Source of the DNA: Laetmonice hystrix
Taxonomy: Eukaryota
NCBI GenBank assembly: GCA_965235115.1
Contig: OZ249436.1
Coordinates: forward strand, 1,800,001-1,864,000
DNA length: 64,000 bases
Reading direction: 5' to 3'
Shown here: positions 26,347 to 38,612 of the stretch, piece by piece
Layout of the letters: every line of letters begins with the position of its first letter
Numbering within the stretch: the first letter of the stretch is position 1
Notes under the pieces: generated by a model
The model's database searches: none
Seen by the model: only the letters and a program-made list of their open reading frames with translations
What the model was told of the DNA's origin: nothing
Translations under genes and position numbers: made by a program

Positions 26347-28163
26347 ACTCACTCCCGTCTCCCCGCTTTCCTGCCACACTTACAGCCTCCCGTCTCCCCG
26401 CCTTCCTGCCACACTTACAGCAGCCCCCCGTCTCCCCGCCTACACTTACAGCAGCCTCCCGTCTCCCCGCCTTCCTGTCACACTTACAGCAGCCCCCCGT
26501 CTCCCCGCCTACACTTACAGCAGTCTCCCGTCTCCCCGCCTACACTTACAGCAGCCTCCCGTCTCCCCGCCTTCCTGTCACACTTACAGCAGCCTCCCGT
26601 CTCCCCGCCTTCCTGTCACACTTACAGCAGCCCCCCGTCTCCCCGCCTACACTTACAGCAGTCTCCCGTCTCCCCGCCTACACTTACAGCAGCCTCCCGT
26701 CTCCCCGCCTTCCTGTCACACTTACAGCAGCCTCCCGTCTCCCCGCCTTCCTGTCACACTTACAGCAGCCTCCCGTCTCCCCGCCTTCCTGTCACACTTA
26801 CAGCAGCCTCCCGTCTCCCCGCCTTCCTGTCACACTTACAGCAGCCTCCCGTCTCCCCGCCTTCCTGTCACACTTACAGCAGCCTCCCGTCTCCCCGCTT
26901 TCCTGTCACACTTACAGCAGCCTCCCGTCTCCCCGCCTTCCTGTCACACTTACAGCAGCCTCCCGTCTCCCCGCCTTCCTGTCACACTTACAGCAGCCTC
27001 CCGTCTCCCCGCCTTCCTGTCACACTTACAGCAGCCTCCCGTCTCCCCGCCTTCCTGTCACACTTACAGCAGCCTCCCGTCTCCCCGCCTACACTTACAG
27101 CAGCCTCCCGTCTCCCCGCCTTCCTGTCACACTTACAGCAGCCTCCCGTCTCCCCGCCTTCCTGTCACACTTACAGCAGCCTCCCGTCTCCCCGCCTTCC
27201 TGTCACACTTACAGCAGTCTCCCGTCTCCCCGCCTCCCTGTCACACCCACAGCAACCTCCCGTCTCCCCGCCTTCCTGTCACACTTACAGCAGCCTTCCG
27301 TCTCCCCGCCTTCCTGTCACACTTACAGCAGCCTCCCGTCTCCCCGCCTTCCTGTCACACTTACAGCAGCCTCCCGTCTCCCCGCCTTCCTGTCACACTT
27401 ACAGCAGCCTCCCGTCTCCCCGCCTTCCTGTCACACTTACAGCAGCCTCCCGTCTCCCCGCCTTCCTGTCACACTTACAGCAGCCTCCCGTCTCCCCGCC
27501 TACACTTACAGCAGCCTCCCGTCTCCCCGCCTTCCTGTCACACTTACAGCAGCCTCCCGTCTCCCCGCCTACACTTACAGCAGCCTCCCGTCTCCCCTCC
27601 TTCCTGTCACACTTACAGCAGCCTCCCGTCTCCCCGCCTTCCTGTCACACTTACAGCAGCCTCCCGTCTCCCCGCCTTCCTGTCACACTTACAGCAGCCT
27701 CCCGTCTCCCCGCCTTCCTGTCACACTTACAGCAGCCTCCCGTCTCCCCGCTTACACTTACAGCAGCCTCCCGTCTCCCCGCCTTCCTGTCACACTTACA
27801 GCAGCCTCCCGTCTCCCCGCTTACACTTACAGCAGCCTCCCGTCTCCCCGCCTACACTTACAGCAGCCTCCCGTCTCCCCGCCTACACTTACAGCAGCCT
27901 CCCGTCTCCCCGCCTTCCTGTCACACTTACAGCAGCCTCCCGTCTCCCCGCCTTCCTGTCACACTTACAGCAGCCTCCCGTCTCCCCGCCTTCCTGTCAC
28001 ACTTACAGAAGCCTCCCGTCTCCCCTCCTTCCTGTCACACTTACAGCAGCCTCCCGTCTCCCCGCCTTCCTGACACACTCACAGCAGCCTCCCGTCTCCC
28101 CGCCTACACTTACAGCAGCCTCCCGTCTCCCCGCCTTCCTGTCACACTTACAGCAGCCTCCCA
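26347..28163. repeat. Minisatellite, 38-bp unit with interspersed 31-bp deletion variant, ~50 copies
   Basis: Units cacttacagcagcctcccgtctccccgccttcctgtca and cacttacagcagcctcccgtctccccgccta. Confidence 0.97.
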
Positions 28164-28645
28164 TCCATCCCGCCACCCATCTACCCTTCCACCCCTGCTG
28201 CCCTCCACCCCTCCACCCACCCCTCCACCCCTCCACCCTCCACCACTCCACCCTCCACCCCTCCACCCTCCACCCCTCCACCCACCCCTCCACCCCTCCA
28301 CCCTCCACCCATCCACCCTCCCCTTCACCCCTCCACCCACCCATCCACCCACCCCTCCACCCCTCCACCCACCCCCACCCCCACCCCCACCCCCACCCCC
28401 ACCCCCACCCCCACCCCTCCACCCCTCCACCCCTCCACCACTCCACCCACCCCTCCACCCCTCCACCCCTCCACCACTCCACCCACCCCTTCACCCCTCC
28501 ACCCCTCCACCCCTCCACCACTCCACAACCCCTCCACCCCTCCACCCACCCCTCCACCCCTCCACCCCTCCACCCCCCCACCCACCCCTCCACCCCTCCA
28601 CCCTTCCACCCTCCACCCCTCCACCCCTCCACCCCTCCACCCCTC
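28164..28645. repeat. C-rich low-complexity tract (ccacccct-like)
   Basis: Almost G-free on the + strand; dense G-runs on the - strand. Confidence 0.92.
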
Positions 28646-29085
28646 TATGTTCGTACCCTCCAGCCCACCATCATGTTGATGCACTCAGGATCTAATGTTA
28701 CGACGGTTCAATGACAGTAACACTAGAAGCTATGCCGTAACCTCGACAACAGTTACAAAACCATCACGCGCTCACTGTACTGGTCATTTTATTAGATCCG
28801 CCCGGTACAGGTCAGTAAGAGCCGTGTGTTGCGGACGAAAACGTCTGCAGGACCAAAACGTCCGCGGACGTTTTGGTCCTGCGGACGTTTTGGTCTCAGC
28901 ATATGCGGCCAAAACGTCCGCGGGGACCAAAACGTCTGCGGACGCTTTGGGCCAGCGGACGTTTTTGTTTACCATAGGCGGACCAAAACGTCCGCGGGGA
29001 CCAAAACGTCCGCGGACGGTTTGGGGCTACCGTAGATGCACCAAAACGTCCACATGGCCCAAAACGTCCGCGGATCATCCTCTCC

Positions 29086-30916
29086 ACACTCTCTCCTGAC
29101 CATCAGTCTTCCTCCTACTCCCACTCTCTCCTGACCAGTCTTCCTCCTACCCCCACTCTCTCCTGACCAGTCTTCCTCCTACTCCCACTCTCTCCTGACC
29201 AGTCTTCCTCCTACCCCCACTCTCTCCTGACCAGTCTTCCTCCAACCCCCACTCTCTCCTGACCAGTCTTCCTCCTACCCCCACTCTCTCCTGACCAGTC
29301 TTCCTCCAACCCCCACTCTCTCCTGACCAGTCTTCCTCCAACCCCCACTCTCTCCTGACCAGTCTTCCTCCTACTCCCACTCTCTCCTGACCAGTCTTCC
29401 TCCTACTCCCACTCTCTCCTGACCATCAGTCTTCCTCCTACTCCCACTCTCTCCTGACCAGTCTTCCTCCTACCCCCACTCTCTCCTGACCAGTCTTCCT
29501 CCTACTCCCACTCTCTCCTGACCAGTCTTCCTCCTACTCCCACTCTCTCCTGACCAGTCTTCCTCCTACTCCCACTCCCTCCTGACAAGTCTTCCTCCTA
29601 CCCCCACTCTCTCCTGACCAGTCTTCCTCCAACCCCCACTCTTTCCTGACCAGTCTTTCTCCTACCTCACTCTCTCCTGACCAGTCTTCCTCCAACCACC
29701 ACTCTCTCCTGACCAGTCTTCCTCCTACCCCACTCTCTCCTGACAAGTCTTCCTCCAACCTCACTGACTCTCTCCTGACCAGTCTTCCTCCTACCCCACT
29801 CCCTCCTGACAAGTCTTCCTCCTACTCCCACTCTCTCCTGACCAGTCTTCCTCCAACTCCCACTCTCTCCTGACCAGTCTTCCTCCTACACCCACTCTCT
29901 CCTAACCAGTCTTCCTCCTACTCCCACTCTCTCCTAACCAGTCTTCCTCCTACCCCACTCTCTCCTGACCAGTCTTCCTCCTACACCCACTCTCTCCTAA
30001 CCAGTCTTCCTCCTACTCCCACTCTTTCCTGACCAGTCTTCCTCCTACCCCCACTCCCTCCTGACAAGTCTTCCTCCTACTCCCACTCTCTCCTGACCAG
30101 CCTTCCTCCTACCCCCACTCTCTCCTGACCAGCCTTCCTCCTACCCCCACTCCCTCCTGACCAGCCTTCCTCCTACCCCCACTCTCTCCTGACCAGTCTT
30201 CCTCCAACCCCCACTCTCTCCTGACCAGTCTTCCTCCAACCCCCACTCTCTCCTGACCAGTCTTCCTCCAACCCCCACTCTCTCCTGACCAGTCTTCCTC
30301 CTACCCCCACTCTCTCCTGACCAGTCTTCCTCCAACCCCCACTCTCTCCTGACCAGTCTTCCTCCTACTCCCACTCTCTCCTGACAAGTCTTCCTCCTAC
30401 TCCCACTCTCTCCTGACCAGTCTTCCTCCTACCCCACTCTCTCCTGACAAGTCTTCCTCCTACTCCCACTCTCTCCTGACCAGTCTTCCTCCTACCCCAC
30501 TCTCTCCTGACAAGTCTTCCTCCTACTCCCACTCTCTCCTGACAAGTCTTCCTCCTACCCCACTCTCTCCTGACCAGTCTTCCTCCAACCCCCACTCTCT
30601 CCTGACCAGTCTTCCTCCTACCCCCACTCTCTCCTGACAAGTCTTCCTCCTACCCCACTCTCTCCTGACCAGTCTTCCTCCTACTCCCACTCTCTCCTGA
30701 CCAGTCTTCCTCCTACCCCCACTCTCTCCTGACCAGTCTTCCTCCTACCCCACTCCCTCCTGACAAGTCTTCCTCCTACACCCACTCTCTCCTGACAAGT
30801 CTTCCTCCTACACCCACTCTCTCCTGACCAGTCTTCCTCCAACCCCCACTCTCTCCTGACAAGTCTTCCTCCTACTCCCACTCTCTCCTGACCAGTCTTC
30901 CTCCTACTCCCACTCT
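29086..30916 (+). repeat. Left-arm minisatellite of the foldback element, 30-31-bp unit, ~59 copies
   Basis: Unit cccactctctcctgaccagtcttcctcctact-like, pyrimidine-rich. Confidence 0.97.
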
Positions 30917-31561
30917 GGAAATAGTTATGTTACCATGTTAACTGCTGATATCAATTGTAGATCTAGGGGTGTTTTCTTTTGTTTTCTTTTAGATATGGGA
31001 CCGCGGTTGCTGAGCATTACACTGTTGCTAGACAACATGTCCAGGGTGCCCATAATATATAATCATTAAACCCGTTTCTAAAATGATAATTTTTACACAG
31101 TTATGTAAAGTTCAAAAATATTCGGTAAAAAGGTCCCAAAACTTTGACCTTGCAAGGTTTAAGTGCATGTCGCACAAAATTTCTCGCGATGACATATACC
31201 AAAACAAACTCCAAATGAGTCCTTAATTAATAGGGTTTTCATAGATGTCATTCGTTTCATGAAGTTCTAAGTAGTTTTCAGCACAGCGAAGTTTGTTTGC
31301 AAATTTAATAAGTCTGAAAGCTTCGAAAAACGGACGTTATAATACTAACTGTAATGCTAACATCTGAGCGAGAATAGGGAGTTTAGTAGCATGACTAAAA
31401 ATAACGTAATTTCAAACAAGGAAATAAGTGCTGGTGTAAGAAAATGTTGCCTAGCAACAGTGTAATGCTCAGCAACCGGTCCCATATCTAAAAAGACAAA
31501 AGAAAACACCCCTAGATCTACAATTGATATCAGCAGTTAACATGGTAACATAACTATTTCC

Positions 31562-33103
31562 AGAGTGGGTGTAGGAGGAAGACTGGTCAGGAGAGAGTGG
31601 GGTAGGAGGAAGACTGGTCAGGAGAGAGTGGGGTAGGAGGAAGACTGGTCAGGAGAGAGTGGGGTAGGAGGAAGACTGGTCAGGAGAGAGTGGGGGTAGG
31701 AGGAAGACTGGTCAGGAGAGAGTGGGGTAGGAGGAAGACTGGTCAGGAGAGAGTCAGTGAGGTTGGAGGAAGACTTGTCAGGAGAGAGTGGGGGTAGGAG
31801 GAAGACTGGTCAGGAGAGAGTGGGGGTAGGAAGAAGACTGGTCAGGAGAGAGTGGGAGTAGGAGGAAGACTGGTCAGGAGAGAGTGGGAGTAGGAGGAAG
31901 ACTGGTCAGGAGAGAGTGGGGGTAGGAGGAAGACTGGTCAGGAGAGAGTGGGAGTAGGAGGAAGACTGGTCAGGAGAGAGTGGGGGTAGGAGGAAGACTG
32001 GTCAGGAGAGAGTGGGAGTAGGAGGAAGACTGGTCAGGAGAGAGTGGGAGTAGGAGGAAGACTGGTCAGGAGAGAGTGGGGTAGGAGGAAGACTGGTCAG
32101 GAGAGAGTGGGGGTAGGAGGAAGACTGGTCAGGAGAGAGTGGGGTAGGAGGAAGACTGGTCAGGAGAGAGTCAGTGAGGTTGGAGGAAGACTTGTCAGGA
32201 GAGAGTGGGGGTAGGAGGAAGACTGGTCAGGAGAGAGTCAGTGAGGTTGGAGGAAGACTTGTCAGGAGAGAGTGGGGTAGGAGGAAGACTGGTCAGGACA
32301 GAGTGGGGATAGAAGGAAGACTGGTCAGGACAGAGTGGGGTAGGAGGAAGACTGGTCAGGACAGAGTGGGGTAGGAGGAAGACTGGTCAGGAGAGAGTGG
32401 GGGTAGGAGGAAGACTGGTCAGGAGAGAGTGGGGTAGGAGGAAGACTGGTCAGGAGAGAGTGGGGGTAGGAGGAAGACTGGTCAGGAGAGAGTGGGGTAG
32501 GAGGAAGACTGGTCAGGAGAGAGTGGGAGTAGGAGGAAGACTGGTCAAGAGAGAGTGGGGTAGGAGGAAGACTGGTCAGGAGAGAGTGGGGGTAGGAGGA
32601 AGACTGGTCAGGAGAGAGTGGGGTAGGAGGAAGACTGGTCAGGAGAGAGTGGGAGTAGGAGGAAGACTGGTCAGGAGAGAGTGGGAGTAGGAGGAAGACT
32701 GGTCAGGAGAGAGTGGGAGTAGGAGGAAGACTGGTCAGGAGAGAGTGGGAGTAGGAGGAAGACTGGTCAGGAGAGAGTGGGGGTAGGAAGAAGACTGGTC
32801 AGGAGAGAGTGGGAGTAGGAGGAAGACTGGTCAGGAGAGAGTGGGGGTAGGAGGGAGACTGGTCAGGAGAGAGTGGGAGTAGGAGGAAGACTGGTCAGGA
32901 GAGAGTGGGGGTAGGAGGGAGACTGGTCAGGAGAGAGTGGGAGTAGGAGGAAGACTGGTCAGGAGAGAGTGGGAGTAGGAGGAAGACTGGTCAGGAGAGA
33001 GTGGGGGTTGGAGGAAGACTGGTCAGGAGAGAGTGGGGGTAGGAGGAAGACTGGTCAGGAGAGAGTGGGAGTAGGAGGAAGACTGGTGGTCAGAAGAGAG
33101 TGT
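31562..33103 (-). repeat. Right-arm minisatellite of the foldback element, reverse complement, ~50 copies
   Basis: Unit gtaggaggaagactggtcaggagagagtggg. Confidence 0.97.
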
Positions 33104-33679
33104 GGAGAGGATGATCCGCGGACGTTTTGGGCCATGTGGACGTTTTGGTGCATCTACGGTAGCCCCAAACCGTCCGCGGACGTTTTGGTCTCCGCGGACG
33201 TTTTGGTCCGCCTATGGTAAACAAAAACGTCCGCTGGCCCAAAGCGTCCGCAGACGTTTTGGTCCCCGCGGACGTTTTGGCCGCATATGCTGAGACCAAA
33301 ACGTCCGCAGGACCAAAACGTCCGCGGACGTTTTGGGCCAGCGGACGTTTCCGTCCGCAACAGCCGTGCATACACAAGGATCAATAGATTATTTTTAACG
33401 GAGAGAGAACTGCGTATACAAGTCAAAATTACTACCCTTGTTATAAGAAGATTATTGATATGGGCACTTTATGCAAGCCCCTATGGATTCTTGTAATATA
33501 CATTTCAGCATTATTTCCATAAAGAATAACAATTGAGTTGTACTGAAGAGCTTTCTTGTATAAAATGTGTTTAATATTCGATATGATATGACTTGGTAAT
33601 TCCCTATACAATCCCATATGTTTCTAATTATATAAATCAAATAGAACTCGGTCTATCGTTAACATCATATTTCCTATAC

Positions 33680-33782
33680 TCTTTACCTGTCCATTCATTG
33701 CTAACATAATTATCTTTACCTCTTCTTTCATTGCTAACATAATTATCTTTACCTTTTCATTCCTTGCTAACATAATTATCTT
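33680..33782. repeat. 33-bp unit, 3 copies
   Basis: ctttacc...ttgctaacataattat repeated three times. Confidence 0.85.
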
Positions 33783-36700
33783 GTGATACGGGCATGTAGG
33801 TAATTCAAGTTTTTGTCATCATGTTATCAGGTTCGGTTATTTTAATCTACCTCAACTATAAAACATTTCTATCGTTTATTTTTTCATGCCATTCGTTCTA
33901 CTGTCCGACCCACATCGCGTCGTCAGAGACGAACACCAGCTGTTGCTATGTTCTTACTTCATGCACAATGTACACTGACAGCACATCGAAATGTTCACAA
34001 TTAGTCAATTAATGTCCGTACCTCTGGCTGAAAACGAAATCCTAACTGGGTTATCAACACTTATGTCTGGTACAAGATGACTTAATCACAATGCAGTTTG
34101 ACCACAGCAAGTGGCAGATTTTGAAAACAGATACCAAACGGCAAAAAGGGACTCTGCAACTCAAGGGGTGGCTTGGCCCGAGGTGCCCATAGGGTAGGTG
34201 GTAAGTATGCCACCGCTACAAAGCTCGCCACAAAAGACGTTATAACGAGTTCATTTTGTCATGATTAATGAGGTTGTCTTGACAACGGTGGGTGAAGGCC
34301 CCTAATTGACGGCTGTAGGAGACACATCCTAGTGACGACTAGTATATTGGGGAGCGTCCTTGTAGGTTTCCATAGTCACCACAGGCCCTACCAGACCCAT
34401 GCTGGGACAAACTACAAACCATTGAAAAGGTGTTAAAAAATGTTCGATAGTAACCATCCGTTATTGGCGAGATGTGTTTTCGCCTTGGGCTGTGGCAGGC
34501 GTGGAGGTTGTGAAGGACCGACCGTACCGGTGTCAACTCCCGGTGTTAGGTCTACGGCCCGCCGCTCAGGTTTCTCAGCCGAATTTATCACCCTCTTTGC
34601 AATTGGTCGGTCGGTGAAAAGAGCAAGCCCGGGATCGGTGGAGATGTAAACCGGTAATGATTTGAAATTAGTTGAAAGGAGCACAATATGTGGATAGGCA
34701 GGTAGCAGGCGGTTAGGGTGATTCATCACGAGGTAAGCGACAAGCGTGCCGAATGGGTACGAGTTGTGCCGGGGGTCCGGGGGGCCTCACGCCGGGACAC
34801 CCGCCCAGGCCTCCCGCCAGCCGGTCGGCCTGACACCACCGCCTGCACCAATACCTTCCCACACATACAGGTAGAGTAAGGACTAAACAAACGCTCAACC
34901 GATCCTCCTTATGCTAACCTTCGCTCCCGCCCGGCCATGCGTTCATTTGACATTGTGAAACCCGATACCATATGGTCATAATAAATGAGAAAACGATTGG
35001 AGTTTTGAATTGCTGCCTGTAGTTGAGGCTGTCCGGCTGCCCGTGCGCCCGGCGGTCCGTTCACGGACCGTACCGAGGACGACAGGTGTGTCAGGTAGGT
35101 GATGACATCAAACAGACCTACCCACTCCTCATGACCACATTGATACTCCGACAAAATATATCATCATATAGGTAAGGTTTGAGTTGAGAGTTCGTAACGG
35201 GAGCGTGGTGTGCGCAGAGGATTCACACAGAGACATAAATAAAACATAGAAGGTAAGTCTATCTAAGACCAACATAACGCACAGTTTGCCGGCAGTGTCT
35301 GCAAGATCTATAGTCTGAGAGAACAAGTATGACTTCAGAGTATATAAAACATGAACAATGCGTTATGATATGACATGTTATAGTATACAGCATGCCAATA
35401 TTCGTTTATCTGTAATAAAACTGATGTGGTTTAACCATACACACGGAGGCTTTGGTCAGCTGTGTGCGACACTTTGTAATCATGATGGTGTATAGACTAG
35501 ATCTGTACCTCATCTTCCTCAGTTTTACCGAGGTGTTACAACATTATAATACTAAACAAAACAAACCTGGAATGTTTCTACTATATAGTGTACATTGTGT
35601 CCGTGTACCTGGTGTTATATGCCCACGCGTACTCTATAAGTAACCAATATCGGTATCTGACTTCATAGACCTATACGACTGAGCAATATACCAGTATCAT
35701 TTTTTCTTCTTCTGATTTCTTTTCTCTTTTTTTGCGGAGGGGGTGGGGGTCACCAAACAGACGAACATGTGTATGGATGTGCGAAATATTTTAATAGAAA
35801 TATCTGTGCCTCACGCCATGTCGGCCTCGAGTTAGACAAAATAAAGAACGGAGACAGGAATATGGCGGGGTAACCTGCAGTCCATCCAAATTTATCATGA
35901 TGTTGGCATTCGTCAGCTGTGATATAGTATAGCTATAAAATATCCCGGTATGTAGTCAAGGCCAGCTCTCCCTGTAAGTGCCAGCGATCGCATAAATACA
36001 CGTGAATACTACGTAAACGACGAACGCGCAGTCATGGCCGCCATATTGGCCAAATCAGCGTGATCACCGTATCGTCTGGTACATGGTGAGAATGGTGATT
36101 TACTAGCCGTGTGACATTAACATGGGGAGCGAGGTGGAAGGTCTGGGCTGCACCATGGCTTCCATAGCTCACAACATCACGGTTCTATCTGTATACTAGA
36201 GACAACCAAACGTCTGTGGTCGGTATACAATTGAACCTTTCGAAGAGACAATACCATATATAGTTCCATTTTTGAGCTGAGCACAAAGAAAGAGAGAAAT
36301 TATGCAGGTGTCCCAGCCCCTCATGGTATATCGGCTTCCAACATCTACATCACCGACTATTTCCCACAGATGTGCGGTTTTACCGATGATACATGGGATA
36401 AACCCGTACACCTATTCGCGATCAAATCCATTTTGTATACTGGAAGATATACCTTTCTAAAGAATTTCTGTTATGCCGGTGAGTAGGCATGCAGTTTTAG
36501 ATTTTTGTATAATTTAGACCAAGTTTCAAGGTCATATTATGGAGATGATATTAATATTATTATTTTTTGTTTCCGCTGATTGTTCTCTTATTGGCCTCGT
36601 TTTACTTACCCAATGGATAGTCTATTCGTACATAAAACAAGTTTTTTCTCAATCCAATGTCTGCCAACTCTGCGTGCGATTAGGTCGAATATAAATGTCA

Positions 36701-37345
36701 ATATGTGCATACAGATGTGCGGGTGATATCAGGAATGTGCACACGTATATATCAGTGCATGAAATGGGAACGAGAGCCCGAATAGACATGTATTCAGATC
36801 ATGTATACATCAGCTACAATACGATCAGAGGTTGGTAATATTCCCGCATGTCTGTGCCGCTACGACCACCAACAATAGTTGTTATCTATCGGCCAAGGCC
36901 GTGCGGGTTCACCCAGGCGCTCTGTTTGCACCCCACTAACACTCCACCCATCCAAAAAGTGGCGTTCCTCGCTAATAATTATAAATACAAAGTCTTTTGA
37001 TCAGTCTCTGCACCAGCTTGTGGAATATTGACCGATCGACGGAGATTGGACTCAGTTTTTGTTTGGGATAACATTTCGCCAAGAGCAACAAAAGGCCCTG
37101 GACTTGTAGAGAATATCAATATGTACCGCATGCACCATTGTGACCAAATAAATTTAACTTTATAAACTTGCATGGCAACCACACATTTATAAAGCCTTAT
37201 CGAGTGATTCTCTATAGTCTTTTTGGTGCGCAATGGTTAAATAAATTACATATATCCAATAGGTTATCTAATATAATCTGAGATAAAAAGATCCAAAATT
37301 AAAGAAATCCAATAAAGCTGGTCTCAGATAAAAAGGTCAACGAGA

Positions 37346-38423
37346 GCTGTGTGTTCATTACATGCGTCTACAGCTTGGACCGGGAGGGGGCGGGTGTGGA
37401 CCGGGAGGGGGCCGGGAGGGGGCCGGGTGTGGACCGGGAGGGGGCCGGGTGTATACCGGCAGGGGGCCGGGTGTGGACTGCATGGGCCCGGGCTGTGAGC
37501 CGGCTGTGTGTTCAGAGTATACATGCATGACTGTGTCTCCAGGTTGGACCGGGAGGGGGCCGAGTGTGGACCGGGATGGGCCGGGTGTATACCGGGAGGG
37601 GGCCGGGTGTGGACCGGGAGGGGCCGGGTGTATACCGGGAGGGGGCCGGGAGTGAACCGGGATGGGCCGGGTGTATACCGGGAGGGGGCCGGGTGTGGAC
37701 CGGGAGGGGCCGGGTGTATACCGGGAGGGGCCGGGAGTGAACCGGGATGGGCCGGGTGTATACCGGGAGGGGGCCGGGTGTGGACCGGGAGGGGGCCGGG
37801 TGTATACCGGGAGGGGGCCGGGAGTGAACCGGGATGGGCCGGGTGTATACCGGGAGGGGGCCGGGTGTGGACCGGGAGGGGGCCGGGTGTATACCGGGAG
37901 GGGGCCGGGTGTGGACCGGGAGGGGCCGGGTGTATACCGGGAGGGGGCCGGGTGTGGACCGGGAAGGGGCCGGGTGTATACCGGGAGGGGGCCGGGTGTG
38001 GACCGGGAGGGGGCCGGGTGTGGACTGGGAGGGGGCCGGGTGTGGACTGGGCCCGGGCTGTGAGCCGGCTGTGTGTTCAGAGTACATCATGACTGTCTAC
38101 AGCTTGGACCGGGAGGGGGCCGGGAGTGAACCGGGATGGGCCGGGTGTATACCGGGAGGGGGCCGGGTGTGGACCGGGAGGGGGCCGGGTGTATACCGGG
38201 AGGGGGCCGGGTGTGGACCGGGAGGGGCCGGGTGTATACCGGGAGGGGGCCGGGTGTGGACCGGGAGGGGGCCGGGTGTGGACCGGGAGGGGGCCGGGTG
38301 TGGACCGGGAGGGGGCCGGGTGTATACCGGGAGGGGGCCGGGTGTGGACCGGGAGGGGGCCGGGTGTGGACCGGGAGGGGCCGGGTGTATACCTGCAGGG
38401 GGCCGGGTGTGGACTGGGCCCGG
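37346..38423. repeat. Nested repeat: three macro-units each containing a G-rich ~22-bp minisatellite
   Basis: Head gctgtgtgttca at 37346, 37503 and 38068; inner unit ggaccgggagggggccgggtgt / ataccgggagggggccgggtgt. Confidence 0.93.
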
Positions 38424-38612
38424 TTTTTTGTTTACTTTTCCACCGTGAGCAAGGGTGAGCTGAGCTGCGCAAGGGTGAGCATAAGCTCATGCTCACCGTT
38501 TTCTTGTTTCTTTGGGTTACTTTTTTCACGGATCTAGGTGTGCGCCAACCGGGGATTGTGGGGTGCCAAGAGGGGGTTGTACGGTTGTGTATGTCTGGTT
38601 TGAACCTTTTAA

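Larger units (their letters stand above)
28827..33362. mobile_element. Non-autonomous foldback-type TIR element, 4,536 bp, 6-bp TSD GCCGTG
   Basis: gccgtg|TGTTGCGGACG ... CGTCCGCAACA|gccgtg (TSD at 28821-28826 and 33363-33368). Near-identical ~260-bp outer inverted domains, inverted ~30-bp arrays, ~125-bp inner inverted domains and a ~400-bp AT-rich loop; no transposase ORF. Confidence 0.9.

Noticed and set aside
26279..28714. 588-811-aa Pro/Ser-rich ORFs (extensin- or mucin-like)
   Set aside because: All three + frames are open because the 38/31-bp units lack stop codons; unit lengths are not multiples of three.
28820..33369. Alternative 8-bp TSD (agccgtgt/agccgtgc) for the foldback element, implying hAT or P
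   Set aside because: Requires a mismatch, whereas the 6-bp GCCGTG with TGT...ACA ends is perfect; other copies would settle it.
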